Numbered from the stretch's first letter, positions 41,906 to 51,649 are shown. The stretch is 58,677 bases of DNA from Candidatus Bathyarchaeia archaeon (GCA_046760805.1 JBHIEV010000002.1:1-58677); one strand, 5' to 3'. Program-made: numbers and translations. The notes: generated from the sequence alone by a model not told the origin.

Positions 41906-42457
41906 ATGTCTGAAACGGAAAAGAAGCGAGAAGAAAAGGCGGAGGAACGAACAGTGCTCAGAATAACTGACATGGATCCTAAATTCAAATATGAGATCAG
42001 CAAGACTCCAGGGTCGGAGAAGCTCATGCTATGTTTCCAATGTGGAACCTGCACCGCTGACTGCCCCATCGCACGTTTCACCGATTCCTACAGGCCCAGA
42101 AAACTTGTTCGAATGGTACAGCTGGGGTTAAAAGAGAAAGCTCTTTCGGATGACTCCATATGGCTCTGCACTAGCTGCTTCACCTGTGTGGACCATTGTC
42201 CACAGGATGTGGGAACAGCCGAGGTTGTTAGAGCCCTCCGAAACCTAGCTGTCAAAGAGCGCCCGATGCCCCGGGTCTATGAGGAGTTGTCTTCTGCAAT
42301 TCTGAAAACTGGCTACGCCTACGAGATTCCTCAACTGAGGCTCAAAAAGAGGGAGGAGCAGGGATTGCCTCCGTTGCCGAAAGGCGATGTTGCGAGCGTC
42401 GACAAACTGTTCAAGGCGACAGGCTTTTCCAAGACATTGGAAAGGGAGAAGGAATAG
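41906..42457 (+). CDS. hdrC: Second HdrC-like 2x[4Fe-4S] protein
   Basis: Motifs CFQCGTCTADCP and CTSCFTCVDHCP are present. Confidence 0.85.
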   Translation: MSETEKKREEKAEERTVLRITDMDPKFKYEISKTPGSEKLMLCFQCGTCTADCPIARFTDSYRPRKLVRMVQLGLKEKALSDDSIWLCTSCFTCVDHCPQDVGTAEVVRALRNLAVKERPMPRVYEELSSAILKTGYAYEIPQLRLKKREEQGLPPLPKGDVASVDKLFKATGFSKTLEREKE

Positions 42458-42458
42458 G

Positions 42459-43340
42459 ATGGGGGAAGAAGCACCGAAGTATCTGCTCTTTCTAGGCTGT
42501 GTCATCCCATATCGAGTTTCCAGCTACGAGATTTCCACAAGAAAGGTTCTTGACAGACTCGGAGTAGAGTTAGTGGAGATGCCGGATTTCACCTGCTGTG
42601 GACTTCCACTCGATCCGGTTAATCATGAGACAATGCTTACCTTAGCAGCACGGAACTTGTGCTTGGCTGAACAGCAAAACCTGCCTATCATGGCTCTCTG
42701 TAACGGATGTTTCGGCGTTCTAAACCACGTAAACAAAGAGCTCAAGGAAGACAAGAAACTCAGAGAGAGGGTCAACGGATACCTAAAGGAAACAGGTATG
42801 GAGTTTAGGGGAACGACCACAGTAAAGCATCTCATCCACGTTCTCGCTGAAGATGTAGGCTTCGAAAAGATAAAGGAGACCGTCAAGAAGCCGCTCAACC
42901 CGCTCAAAGTGGCTGTCCACACGGGATGCCACGTGATGCGCCCAGTCAAATATGTGGGCTCCGACGACCCAGAAAACCCCACGCTTCTAAAAAAACTAGT
43001 TAGACTAACTGGAGCGGAATACTTGGACTACATGGATGAGAACGAGTGTTGTGGCAACCCAATAATAGGCGTAAACAGTCAAATACCGCTTCAACTCGCC
43101 AGAAACAAACTAGACCACATCAGAGCGGTTGAGGCCCAGGCGCTGATCACCGTTTGCCCATTCTGCCATATGATGTATGACCTACATCAACCGAGAATAG
43201 AGAGGACCTTCAACGAGAAGTTTTGCATTCCAGTTCTTCATTATCCGCAACTTTTAGGGTTAGCTATGGGCATGAGTCCTGCTGAATTAGCCTTAAAGGA
43301 CCTCAGAGTAGATGCATCCGAACTTGTAGCCCTCTTGTGA
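42459..43340 (+). CDS. hdrB: Second HdrB-like CCG-domain protein
   Basis: ATG 42459 lies 2 nt after the hdrC2 stop. CCG-type motifs are present (FTCCGLP, CNGC, ECCGNP, CPFC). Confidence 0.85.
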   Translation: MGEEAPKYLLFLGCVIPYRVSSYEISTRKVLDRLGVELVEMPDFTCCGLPLDPVNHETMLTLAARNLCLAEQQNLPIMALCNGCFGVLNHVNKELKEDKKLRERVNGYLKETGMEFRGTTTVKHLIHVLAEDVGFEKIKETVKKPLNPLKVAVHTGCHVMRPVKYVGSDDPENPTLLKKLVRLTGAEYLDYMDENECCGNPIIGVNSQIPLQLARNKLDHIRAVEAQALITVCPFCHMMYDLHQPRIERTFNEKFCIPVLHYPQLLGLAMGMSPAELALKDLRVDASELVALL

Positions 43341-43435
43341 TTCTTCTGGGTTTTTGCCCTCAAACTCGACGTACATAGTTGGGAAGCAAGACTTAAGGGA
43401 GTTCCCATTATGTTTGCTTAGGAGGAGTTTGTCCA

Positions 43436-44482
43436 TTGAAAAAGATTACCATGGCTCACGGCGCTGGCGGAACCGTGATGAAGGAACTTGTTGAGAGGTA
43501 CGTGCTGAAGCATCTTGGAGGGGGTAATGCTGAAGTTCCGCTGGATGCTCTTGACGACTCTGCTGTGATCAGCGACATTGTCTTGCATTCCGACTCCCAC
43601 GCTGTGAGACCTCAGTTCTTTCCTGGAGGCGATATCGGTAGACTGGCGGTTGCGGGAACCGTCAACGACATAGCGGTGATGGGGGCTGAGCCTGTTGCAC
43701 TTTCATCCGCCTTGATATTGGAGGAGGGCCTTCCGATGGCTGATCTGGACAAGATTTTGGAGAGCATCGCTGAGACGTGTAAAGAGGCTGAGGTGCTCGT
43801 AATCACGGGCGACACGAAGGTTGTTGAGAAGGGGGCTTTGGGAGGATGCGTCATAAACACCTCTGGAATAGGAAGGCGAAACGCTGCTTTGGAGAAGAAC
43901 ATCGCCGAGGTGAGGAGGCACCGCTCTTTCAACGCAAGGTGGGTTCTCGACTCCAACCTGAGGGAGGGAGACAGAATAATCATCTCTGGCACGGTTGGAG
44001 ACCACGGACTAGCTGTATTGTCGGCTCAGGAAGGCTACAACTTTGGGAGTCAGGTGATGTCCGACGTGACTCCGCTAAACAAGCTCATCATGCACTTGTT
44101 GAATATTGGTGGAATTGTGGCTATGAAGGACCCGACACGAGGAGGCTTATCGAACGCACTGAACGAGTTCAGTGAGAAGTCAGGGGTTGGGATTCTGGTG
44201 GAGGAAGAGAAGATACCGATACGCGGTGATGTTAGGGCGGCTTGCGAGATGCTTGGCATCGACCCGCTGGACGTGGGAAACGAAGGCAAAGTGTTGATAG
44301 GGGTCGTGCCTCAGAAGGCTGAGGAAGTCTTGGATGTGCTGAAGGAGACCAAGGAGGGCAGAGACGCAGAGTTGATAGGGACTGCAACAAAAGAGTTCAA
44401 CGAGGTTGCCCTTGAGACAGTTGTGGGTGGGAAGAGAATCCTGGCACCTCCAATAGGAGACCCCGTTCCCAGAATATGCTAG
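43436..44482 (+). CDS. hypE: Hydrogenase maturation protein HypE
   Basis: It has the N-terminal ITMAHGAGG, an AIR-synthase-like fold, and the diagnostic C-terminal PRIC. The TTG start lies 9 nt after GGAGGAG. Confidence 0.93.
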   Translation: MKKITMAHGAGGTVMKELVERYVLKHLGGGNAEVPLDALDDSAVISDIVLHSDSHAVRPQFFPGGDIGRLAVAGTVNDIAVMGAEPVALSSALILEEGLPMADLDKILESIAETCKEAEVLVITGDTKVVEKGALGGCVINTSGIGRRNAALEKNIAEVRRHRSFNARWVLDSNLREGDRIIISGTVGDHGLAVLSAQEGYNFGSQVMSDVTPLNKLIMHLLNIGGIVAMKDPTRGGLSNALNEFSEKSGVGILVEEEKIPIRGDVRAACEMLGIDPLDVGNEGKVLIGVVPQKAEEVLDVLKETKEGRDAELIGTATKEFNEVALETVVGGKRILAPPIGDPVPRIC

Positions 44483-44488
44483 ATAGTT

Positions 44489-45583
44489 TTAATGAATAAC
44501 TGAGTGTTTTGCCCAGATTCTACATGTACCTTCTATGGAGACCATGCATGCGCCTTTTGGAGCAGAAGGTTTGCAAGCCTTCATAAAGAGGGGGCACTCG
44601 GGAGGGTTTATCTTTCCAATCATAACCAGATGGCAAAGGCAGCCGGGCAACAAGTCTCTGGAACGCTCTATGTGCACATCATACTTTTCTCTAGCATTAT
44701 AAGGCGTGAACTCTTCCCTCAGCGCCAGAGCCGACGAAGGGATTCTTCCAAGTCCTCTCCAGCGTCCACTCACTACCTTGAACACCTTCTGGATGGCTGC
44801 TTGAGCTTTGACGTTTCCTTCCCACGCCACCGAGCGCTTATACTCGTTCTCTAGCCTAGCCTCTCCGTCTCTCAGCTGCCTCAGAAGCATAGAAATCGCA
44901 AAAAGAATATCTAAGGGTTCGAAGCCCGCCACCACAGTTGGCATGTGATAGGCGTCGGGAAACGTCTGATAAGGCTTCATCCCGATTATCGTTGAGACGT
45001 GACCGGGCGCGATGAAGCCGTCTATGTGTAGGTCTCCGACGCCGAGGAGCAGCTCCATGGCTGGTGGTATCAACCTGTGACATACAAGAAAGCTGAGGTT
45101 TTCGGGAGGCTTGTTTAAAATTTCGACTGCAGTAGCTGGTGCTGTGGTTTCAAACCCTATGGCGAGAAAGACAAAATCCTTGCAAGGCTCTTTCTCCGCC
45201 ATTCTCACGGCGTCCTTGACGCTGTAAACAACCCTAACATCCCCGCCCGAAGCCTTCGCCTCCTGAAGCGAACTCTCTGAAGCGGGGACACGGATCACGT
45301 CACCATAAGTCACAACGGTCACGCCTTCGAGAGCCAAAGCGATAGCCTCATCAAGTTCAACGGCTGGAAGAATACAGACGGGACAGCCAGGTCCAGCAAT
45401 CACTTTTACTGTTTTGGGAAGGAGAGATCGCAGTCCGTAGTGGGTTATGGTCCACTCATGAGTACCGCACACGTGGCAGAACTTCACTTCATAAGGAGGA
45501 GCCAGCTTCTCAATCTGAGCCGCAATCTTCTTTGTCAATGCTGGGTCTCTAAATCTCACTTGCTCCTTCATCAGCGTTGACAA
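44489..45583 (-). CDS. hypD: Hydrogenase maturation protein HypD
   Basis: Motifs FRDP, CHVCGTHEW, GPGCPVC and FETT are present. The start is TTG 45583 or ATG 45571. Confidence 0.93.
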   Translation of the reverse strand: MSTLMKEQVRFRDPALTKKIAAQIEKLAPPYEVKFCHVCGTHEWTITHYGLRSLLPKTVKVIAGPGCPVCILPAVELDEAIALALEGVTVVTYGDVIRVPASESSLQEAKASGGDVRVVYSVKDAVRMAEKEPCKDFVFLAIGFETTAPATAVEILNKPPENLSFLVCHRLIPPAMELLLGVGDLHIDGFIAPGHVSTIIGMKPYQTFPDAYHMPTVVAGFEPLDILFAISMLLRQLRDGEARLENEYKRSVAWEGNVKAQAAIQKVFKVVSGRWRGLGRIPSSALALREEFTPYNAREKYDVHIERSRDLLPGCLCHLVMIGKINPPECPLFMKACKPSAPKGACMVSIEGTCRIWAKHSVIH

Positions 45584-45585
45584 CC

Positions 45586-45960
45586 CTATTCCAAAATCAA
45601 TTTAATGCTCTTTATCAGGCATTCTCTTCCGCCGACAATATCAACTGTGCCACCGCATTTGGGGCATTTAAGCGTTGGAACTGGGACATGATACATGGGA
45701 TCGTCTTCATAGTTGAAGTTTCCCTCGTAACCGCAACTGCTACACTTTACAACGCCATCCTTCGCCTCTATTAAGAGCCTCGAGTTCTTCATTATAGTAC
45801 CCTCAGTGAGAACCTTGTATGAGAACCTAACTTGTTCCAGACCGAGAAACGTGAGCTTTCCGATGACAAGACAGACTTCTGCGACACCCTTTGCGTTGTG
45901 CTTTCTCGCTTCATGAAGAACGTTTTCAACGATTTGAGAGGTCATTGAGAACTCGTGCAA
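45586..45960 (-). CDS. hypA: Hydrogenase nickel-insertion protein HypA
   Basis: It has the N-terminal MHEFS Ni site and the zinc site CSSCG...CPKCG. TTG start. Confidence 0.9.
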   Translation of the reverse strand: MHEFSMTSQIVENVLHEARKHNAKGVAEVCLVIGKLTFLGLEQVRFSYKVLTEGTIMKNSRLLIEAKDGVVKCSSCGYEGNFNYEDDPMYHVPVPTLKCPKCGGTVDIVGGRECLIKSIKLILE

Positions 45961-45985
45961 TACCTAACCAACTCACAAAAAAGCC

Positions 45986-46681
45986 TTAAAGTCCAAGCGC
46001 CTCGATAACTGTCCCTACGCCCTCTCCACTTCTACAGTTCGTTACAGCAACCTTCGCCTTCGGATTCACCCTCTTAACATCCCCCTCCAACCTCTTCACG
46101 TCAACCCCCATAGCATCAGCCAAGTCCATCTTGTTTATCACCACCACATCAGCATCCATGAAGATAAACGGATGCTTAATGACCATGTAGGGACCCTCCG
46201 TAACGCTCACCACCACCACACGCTGATCAGAGCCCAAAGGAAACTCGGCTGGGCAGATGAGGTTGCCAACATTTTCAATGAACAGCAAATCAATATTTTT
46301 CAGGTCGATTCTCCGAAGCGCCTTTCCAACAAGATTAGCATCCAGATGACATTCCTTCCCAGTGGTTATCGGAACAGCCTCAGCACCATGCCTCTCAATC
46401 CGCCCCGCGTCTATAGTAGTCGTCAGATCCCCCTTCAATGCGGCTATCCTATACTTCCCAATCAAGGATTGAACCAGCTTCTCTATGAGAGAGGTCTTCC
46501 CTGACCCAGTTGCACCCATAACTTCTATCGCTTTCACACCATACTTCCGCAGAAACTCTTTGTTCTTCTCCGCAAGTGTTCGATTCAACTCAAGAATGTC
46601 AGCCTCAAGCTCCACATCAAAGACCTCCCCTTCCTCAGCCTTGACAACCTCCTTCAACCGCGCCACCCCAATTTCATTCAT
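45986..46681 (-). CDS. hypB: Hydrogenase nickel-incorporation GTPase HypB
   Basis: It has the P-loop GATGSGKTS, the ENVGNLICP metal-binding motif and NKMDL. Confidence 0.92.
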   Translation of the reverse strand: MNEIGVARLKEVVKAEEGEVFDVELEADILELNRTLAEKNKEFLRKYGVKAIEVMGATGSGKTSLIEKLVQSLIGKYRIAALKGDLTTTIDAGRIERHGAEAVPITTGKECHLDANLVGKALRRIDLKNIDLLFIENVGNLICPAEFPLGSDQRVVVVSVTEGPYMVIKHPFIFMDADVVVINKMDLADAMGVDVKRLEGDVKRVNPKAKVAVTNCRSGEGVGTVIEALGL

Positions 46682-46892
46682 ATTTGAGAAGTTCCTCCCA
46701 CATCTTCAGAGTCTCTTCTGCCGCCTTCCTATCAATCACCTGAATCGCATACCCAGCATGGACCAAAACATACTCTCCAACCTTAGCATCCACAAGCATA
46801 ACATTCACCTCACGAAGAACCCCTTCGCCAAAGTCAACCTTGGCGGTGTCTCCTCTAATCTCCACCACTTCTGCTGGAATCGCGAGGCACAT
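46674..46892 (-). CDS. hypC: Hydrogenase assembly chaperone HypC
   Basis: The obligatory N-terminal MCLAIPA is present. I set the start at ATG 46892 so that Cys is residue 2. The gene overlaps hypB by 8 nt. Confidence 0.9.
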   Translation of the reverse strand: MCLAIPAEVVEIRGDTAKVDFGEGVLREVNVMLVDAKVGEYVLVHAGYAIQVIDRKAAEETLKMWEELLKYE

Positions 46893-46995
46893 CTCAATCA
46901 CCTATAGCGAAACGCTCCAAAATAAATTCATTTCGAATACAAAGCGCTCACATGAAACTACTCATCATGACCATAGCTTCACACGCATCGATTTT

Positions 46996-49263
46996 CTAAG
47001 CTTGAAAACTCGTAGCAATAGTCTGCCCAAAAGAGATGCCCCCATCCCCCGGTGGTACCTGACGATGAATCAAGAATTCAAAGCCGCTTTTCTCAACTGC
47101 TCTTCTGACTGTGTGTGTGATGTACTCATTGTACGCAACCCCACCAGAAAATCCTACAGTCTTGACCCCAATCCGTCCAGCCTCCTCAACAGCCCGCTGA
47201 GCCAACGATCTGGCAAGATACGACTGAGCAGAGCAGGCAAGGTCAGGAACCGAATACTCGTCTATCTTGGTAAAGATTTCACGAACCATACGTGTAGTTT
47301 CAATTCTAGCACCTTCAAATATAGGAGACAAGTTCAAAACATCAACTCCCGCTGTGGCAGCGGACTCCAATTTCATAGCAGGTTCACCCTCATAGGTTCG
47401 TTCATAACATAATCCGAGTATCGCAGAGACGGCATCCAAGACCCTCCCACAACTTGTGGTCTTCACAGCCAAACCTTTCCTCAGTTGTTTAAGAACTATC
47501 TCGGCTTCTCTCTCTCCGTGTGGAAAGCGATCACTTCGGGAAATCAGCCAGTCCTCCACATCTGCCACACCGTGGAGTATTCCCGTTGCCATTCGTAAGG
47601 GATACAGCGTAGCCAAGTCCCCTCCAACCATCGGCTGCTCCTGAAGATGCGTAAGGCGCTGAAAACCCTCCTGATTACAGTAGAGTATCTCTCCACCCCA
47701 CGCATTGCCATCCGAGCCGTAGCCAAATCCATCGCAGGCTATACCCACCATCTCTTCAACATCGTGCTCGCCCATAAGAGACGCAATGTGAGCATAGTGG
47801 TGCTGAACTGGAAAAACAGGACATTCAAACTCATTCGCTAGGCGCTGAGCCAGCTTTGTTGCTGCAAACTTCGGATGCAAATCACAGGCTATCATCTCAA
47901 CCTTGCTGTTCGTTAATCTGGTCAGGTGACTTATGGTCTCTTTTAAGAAGTTGAGAGTTTCCAGATTCTCGACATCCCCAATATGCTGTGAAATAAAGGC
48001 CTTGTCCCTCGAAAGCACACATGCAGTCACATTTAGCTCCGCGCCAACCCCTAAGACACAACTCTTCGCCGACATCTTTAAGTGAATAGGCTCGGGCGCA
48101 TACCCCCTAGACCGGCGAACTATGCTGTGGTTATCGCCGTGTAGGCGGACAACAGAGTCGTCGCATCTCTGAGCTATTCTTCTATTATGAAGGAGGAAAA
48201 AGTCAACAGTACCCCCAAGCCTCTTAATGGCTTCTTGATTCTCCGTAACGATCGGCTCGTTTGGAGGGTTGGCGCTAGTCATCACAAACGCGGGCTCGTT
48301 GACCTTGTCAAAAAGCATGTGGTGCAGTCCTGTGTATGGCAGCATAACGCCAATGTTGTGCAGGCCTGGCGAGATCAGTTCTGAAAGATAACAGTCATCC
48401 CGCTTCCTCAACAGCAGAATAGGTTTGATGTAAGATGCCAGTAGCTTAGCCTCTTCAACGCTCAGCTGAGCAAACGACCTCACGGTTTCGATGTCACGAG
48501 CCATTATGGCAAACGGCTTCTGGGCTCTGTGCTTAACCTTTCGCAATCTAGCGATAGGCTCGGACTGAGTTGTCGCAGTTGCCACGTGGAAGCCTCCATT
48601 TCCCTTGATTGCAACTATGTATCCCTCCTCGAGGAGCCTCCCCGCCTCCTCTATCGGGTTTTCACTCTTTACATGTTGACCGTTGTTGGTGGTGAGGTAG
48701 GCTCTCGGACCACACTTACTACACGCCACGGTCTGGGCGTGAAACCTGCGGTTTGATGGAGTCTTGTACTCTCTGCTGCAGAACTCGCACATGCTGAAAT
48801 CCCGCATTGTAGTGTTCGGTCTGTCGTATGGAAGCCTTTGGATTGTGGTGTATCTGGGACCGCAGTTAGTGCACGTGATGAAAAAGTAGTTATGACGCTG
48901 ATTCTTAGGATCACGAAGCTCGCTTAGGCATTCATCACAGATCGAGACGTCTGGCGGGATCACTGATCCTGAGAGTTCCACTCTTTTGGAACTTCCCAGA
49001 ATCGTGAACTTTTCAAACTTGCCACTGTCCTCTGCATAATTCGTGGTTATTTCATAGATTCGGGCGAGGGGAGGCTTATCCTCTTTCAACTCCGCAAGAA
49101 AGTTGTTAACATCGCTCTCTTTTCCCTCAACAACTACCTCCACCGCGGCATCTCCTCTGTTTCGCACGTAGCCGACCAGCTCGTTCTTCACAGCGATTCT
49201 GTAGATGAAGGGGCGAAAACCGACGCCTTGGACAATGCCACTGACCTTAATTTCAGCACGCAA
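46996..49263 (-). CDS. hypF: Carbamoyltransferase HypF
   Basis: The domain order is acylphosphatase (GIVQGVGFRPF), two CxxC-x18-CxxC zinc fingers, a YrdC-like domain and a Kae1-like domain. TTG start. Confidence 0.93.
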   Translation of the reverse strand: MRAEIKVSGIVQGVGFRPFIYRIAVKNELVGYVRNRGDAAVEVVVEGKESDVNNFLAELKEDKPPLARIYEITTNYAEDSGKFEKFTILGSSKRVELSGSVIPPDVSICDECLSELRDPKNQRHNYFFITCTNCGPRYTTIQRLPYDRPNTTMRDFSMCEFCSREYKTPSNRRFHAQTVACSKCGPRAYLTTNNGQHVKSENPIEEAGRLLEEGYIVAIKGNGGFHVATATTQSEPIARLRKVKHRAQKPFAIMARDIETVRSFAQLSVEEAKLLASYIKPILLLRKRDDCYLSELISPGLHNIGVMLPYTGLHHMLFDKVNEPAFVMTSANPPNEPIVTENQEAIKRLGGTVDFFLLHNRRIAQRCDDSVVRLHGDNHSIVRRSRGYAPEPIHLKMSAKSCVLGVGAELNVTACVLSRDKAFISQHIGDVENLETLNFLKETISHLTRLTNSKVEMIACDLHPKFAATKLAQRLANEFECPVFPVQHHYAHIASLMGEHDVEEMVGIACDGFGYGSDGNAWGGEILYCNQEGFQRLTHLQEQPMVGGDLATLYPLRMATGILHGVADVEDWLISRSDRFPHGEREAEIVLKQLRKGLAVKTTSCGRVLDAVSAILGLCYERTYEGEPAMKLESAATAGVDVLNLSPIFEGARIETTRMVREIFTKIDEYSVPDLACSAQSYLARSLAQRAVEEAGRIGVKTVGFSGGVAYNEYITHTVRRAVEKSGFEFLIHRQVPPGDGGISFGQTIATSFQA

Positions 49264-49324
49264 AGTTTGTTAAGCTCCCTCTTGGAGTACTTCGAGCCTA
49301 CGTGTTTCCTAAATCTTTCGCCTG

Positions 49325-49357
49325 TATGACCTACGTCATATTCCCATTTATGTCATA
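49325..49357. promoter_or_regulatory. TATGAC-N4-GTCATA palindrome plus a third GTCATA half-site, just upstream of a TATA-like box (TATTATATAAAAG, 49365-49377)
   Basis: The arms are at 49325-49330 and 49335-49340, with TGTCATA at 49351-49357. The element lies in the divergent hypF / group-4 hydrogenase intergenic region. Confidence 0.3.
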
Positions 49358-49520
49358 CCTCAACTATTATATAAAAGCACACGCGAAAGCTGAAGTCAAA
49401 GTGACGAGAACATGAGGGAAGACCCACTCCACAATATTTCAGCACCTGTTCCAACAATGTCGCCGGTCACAGCAAGTTGTCTTCCAGCAGATCACCCCCC
49501 AATTATGGCGGCAGAACAAT

Positions 49521-49943
49521 ATGGGACTGTTTAAGTGGAGCCGAGCAAAATCACCATGGATCCTTCACTTCAACACCGGCGGCTGCAACGGATGCACAAT
49601 CGAGATTGTAGCCGCCTTAACACCCAAATTTGACATTGAAAGGTTTGGGATAATCCAGCGCGGCAGCCCTCGACACGCAGACATACTCGCTATCACAGGC
49701 CCGGTGACAAGGCAAGTTAAGGACAGACTGGTCAGAATATATGAACAGATGCTTGAACCCAAGTTCGTCGTCGGTGTTGGCGCCTGTCCACTCAGCGGAG
49801 GGGTCTTCCGAGGTTCCTACAACGTTCACGAGGGATTAGACACCATCCTTCCAGTAGACGTGTACATTCCAGGATGCCCACCGAAGCCTGAAGCCATAAT
49901 TGACGGCCTCGTGAAGCTCCTATCGAAGCTGAGGACTAGTTGA
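49521..49943 (+). CDS. Group-4 [NiFe]-hydrogenase small subunit (NuoB / EchC / MbhJ-like)
   Basis: The four cluster cysteines lie in GGCNGC, GACP and PGCPP. It is 140 aa. Confidence 0.88.
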   Translation: MGLFKWSRAKSPWILHFNTGGCNGCTIEIVAALTPKFDIERFGIIQRGSPRHADILAITGPVTRQVKDRLVRIYEQMLEPKFVVGVGACPLSGGVFRGSYNVHEGLDTILPVDVYIPGCPPKPEAIIDGLVKLLSKLRTS

Positions 49944-49945
49944 AT

Positions 49946-50440
49946 ATGACCACAGAAATCGCAGAAGAGACAAGAATCGTTAGAAAAATGAAAGATGCAA
50001 TTGGAGAAGACATTCTAGAGGTCAGAATCCCTCGTCCTCACCGGATTTTTGTTCACGTCAACAAAGACGCGTTCAAAAAAGTCATTCGGTACCTAACCCA
50101 AAAAGCGAATTTCACCCACATCTCAACCATTACAGGCGTTGACTTAGGAGAGGAGATTGAAGCCATCTACCATCTAAGCCATGATGGAAGAATAGAAGTC
50201 TCGCTTAAAGTTCGAGTACCAAAAGATGACCCAGCCCTCCCAACAGTCACTGACATCAATCCTGGTGCAATACTTTACGAACGGGAGGTTCACGATCTCT
50301 TGGGAATAACATTCGAGGAACATCCAGACCTTTCGCCTCTCGTGTTGCCTGAGGGATGGCCCAGAGACGTTTATCCACTGAGAAAGGAATGGACAATCGA
50401 AAAGCTTGAGAAGAAAATCGCGAAAAGGAGGAGACAGTGA
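49946..50440 (+). CDS. NuoC / EchD / MbhK-like subunit
   Basis: The NuoC-like block ERE(V)HDLLGI(T)F..HPD is present. The gene overlaps its neighbours (operon coupling). Confidence 0.8.
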   Translation: MTTEIAEETRIVRKMKDAIGEDILEVRIPRPHRIFVHVNKDAFKKVIRYLTQKANFTHISTITGVDLGEEIEAIYHLSHDGRIEVSLKVRVPKDDPALPTVTDINPGAILYEREVHDLLGITFEEHPDLSPLVLPEGWPRDVYPLRKEWTIEKLEKKIAKRRRQ

Positions 50441-51636
50441 TATCATATCCAACCATCCGCATTCCAGTGGGACCACAACATCCAGCTCTCAAGGAACCGG
50501 AATATTTCATGTTCGAGGTTGAGGGTGAACACGTTGTCAATGTTAAGCCACGGATCGGTTACATCCATCGTGGAATCGAGAAAGCCGCAGAGAGCCGAAC
50601 CTTCATCCAAGACCTGTATCTAATCGAGCGAATATGTGGATTATGCTCACACTCCCACACAACCTGCTACACACAAGTAATTGAAGAAATCCTAGGCGTA
50701 GAGATACCACCTAGAGCTAGGTACATTAGGACCATCATCGCCGAGCTTGAAAGAATCCACAGCCACGCCCTCTGGATCGGATTAGCTGCCCACGAGATCG
50801 GTTTCGACACACTTTTCATGTATGTGTGGCGAGATCGCGAGATGGTCATGAACCTTCTAGAGCTGGTTTCAGGTAAGCGCGTACATCACGCTATGAACAC
50901 GATAGGAGGAGTGGAAAGAGACATAGCACCAGAAACAGCAAAAAAAATGCAAGAGGGGCTAAACTCCTTTCAAGAGCGAATGAAGTACTACAAGAAAATT
51001 GGAAGTACTGAACAAACCATTTTGAAAAGAACTGCGCAAATCGGAATTTTAAGACCCGAAGATGCCTCAGCCCTCTGTGCCGTCGGCCCGACTTTACGAG
51101 CCAGCGGAATCAAGCATGATGTGAGAGCAGATGATCCGTATGCCGCTTATAGTGAGATTCCATTCGAAGTTATAACCTATGATGGGTGCGACGTCCTAAG
51201 CCGTCTGCTCATCAGATTCGACGAAATCCTTGAAAGCATAAACATAATCCTCTACGCCCTGGAACACCTTCCTGAAGGAGAAGTCAAAGTCAAAGTCCCA
51301 AGGAGAGTACCCGAAGGAGAAGCCGTTGGCCGTGTTGAGGCGCCCAGAGGAGAACTCATCCACTACGCAAAGACAAACGGAACCACAAAACCAGAGCGCT
51401 ACAAGATAAGAACTCCGACTCTGGGGAACCTACCATCTGTCTGCAAGATGCTTGTTGGCGGTTACATTGCAGATATACCAATCGTCTTAGCGGGAATAGA
51501 TCCATGCTTCGCCTGCATGGATCGGATGGCTTTTGTAGACGAAAGCAAGGACAAACGATGGGTCTGGACTGGTGAAGAGTTAAGAAAGTATGCAATAGAA
51601 TGGTATCAGAAGGAACATCCATTTAGTTCACTTTGA
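50437..51636 (+). CDS. Group-4 [NiFe]-hydrogenase large subunit (NuoD / EchE / MbhL-like) with intact Ni-Fe ligands
   Basis: It has GPQHPA and IGYIHRGIEK, the N-terminal ligand motif RICGLCSHSH and the C-terminal DPCFACMDR followed by a 36-aa extension. Confidence 0.9.
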   Translation: MISYPTIRIPVGPQHPALKEPEYFMFEVEGEHVVNVKPRIGYIHRGIEKAAESRTFIQDLYLIERICGLCSHSHTTCYTQVIEEILGVEIPPRARYIRTIIAELERIHSHALWIGLAAHEIGFDTLFMYVWRDREMVMNLLELVSGKRVHHAMNTIGGVERDIAPETAKKMQEGLNSFQERMKYYKKIGSTEQTILKRTAQIGILRPEDASALCAVGPTLRASGIKHDVRADDPYAAYSEIPFEVITYDGCDVLSRLLIRFDEILESINIILYALEHLPEGEVKVKVPRRVPEGEAVGRVEAPRGELIHYAKTNGTTKPERYKIRTPTLGNLPSVCKMLVGGYIADIPIVLAGIDPCFACMDRMAFVDESKDKRWVWTGEELRKYAIEWYQKEHPFSSL

Positions 51637-51649
51637 GTGGTGACGAAAG

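Noticed and set aside
46840-47412. A 190-aa plus-strand ORF
   Set aside because: It is antisense to hypF and has no motifs. hypF is unambiguous on the minus strand.
49412-49534. A 40-aa ATG ORF in the 5' region of the group-4 hydrogenase operon (MREDPLHNISAPVP...)
   Set aside because: It has no SD, overlaps the NuoB-like start in another frame and has no distinctive composition. It is probably a chance ORF.
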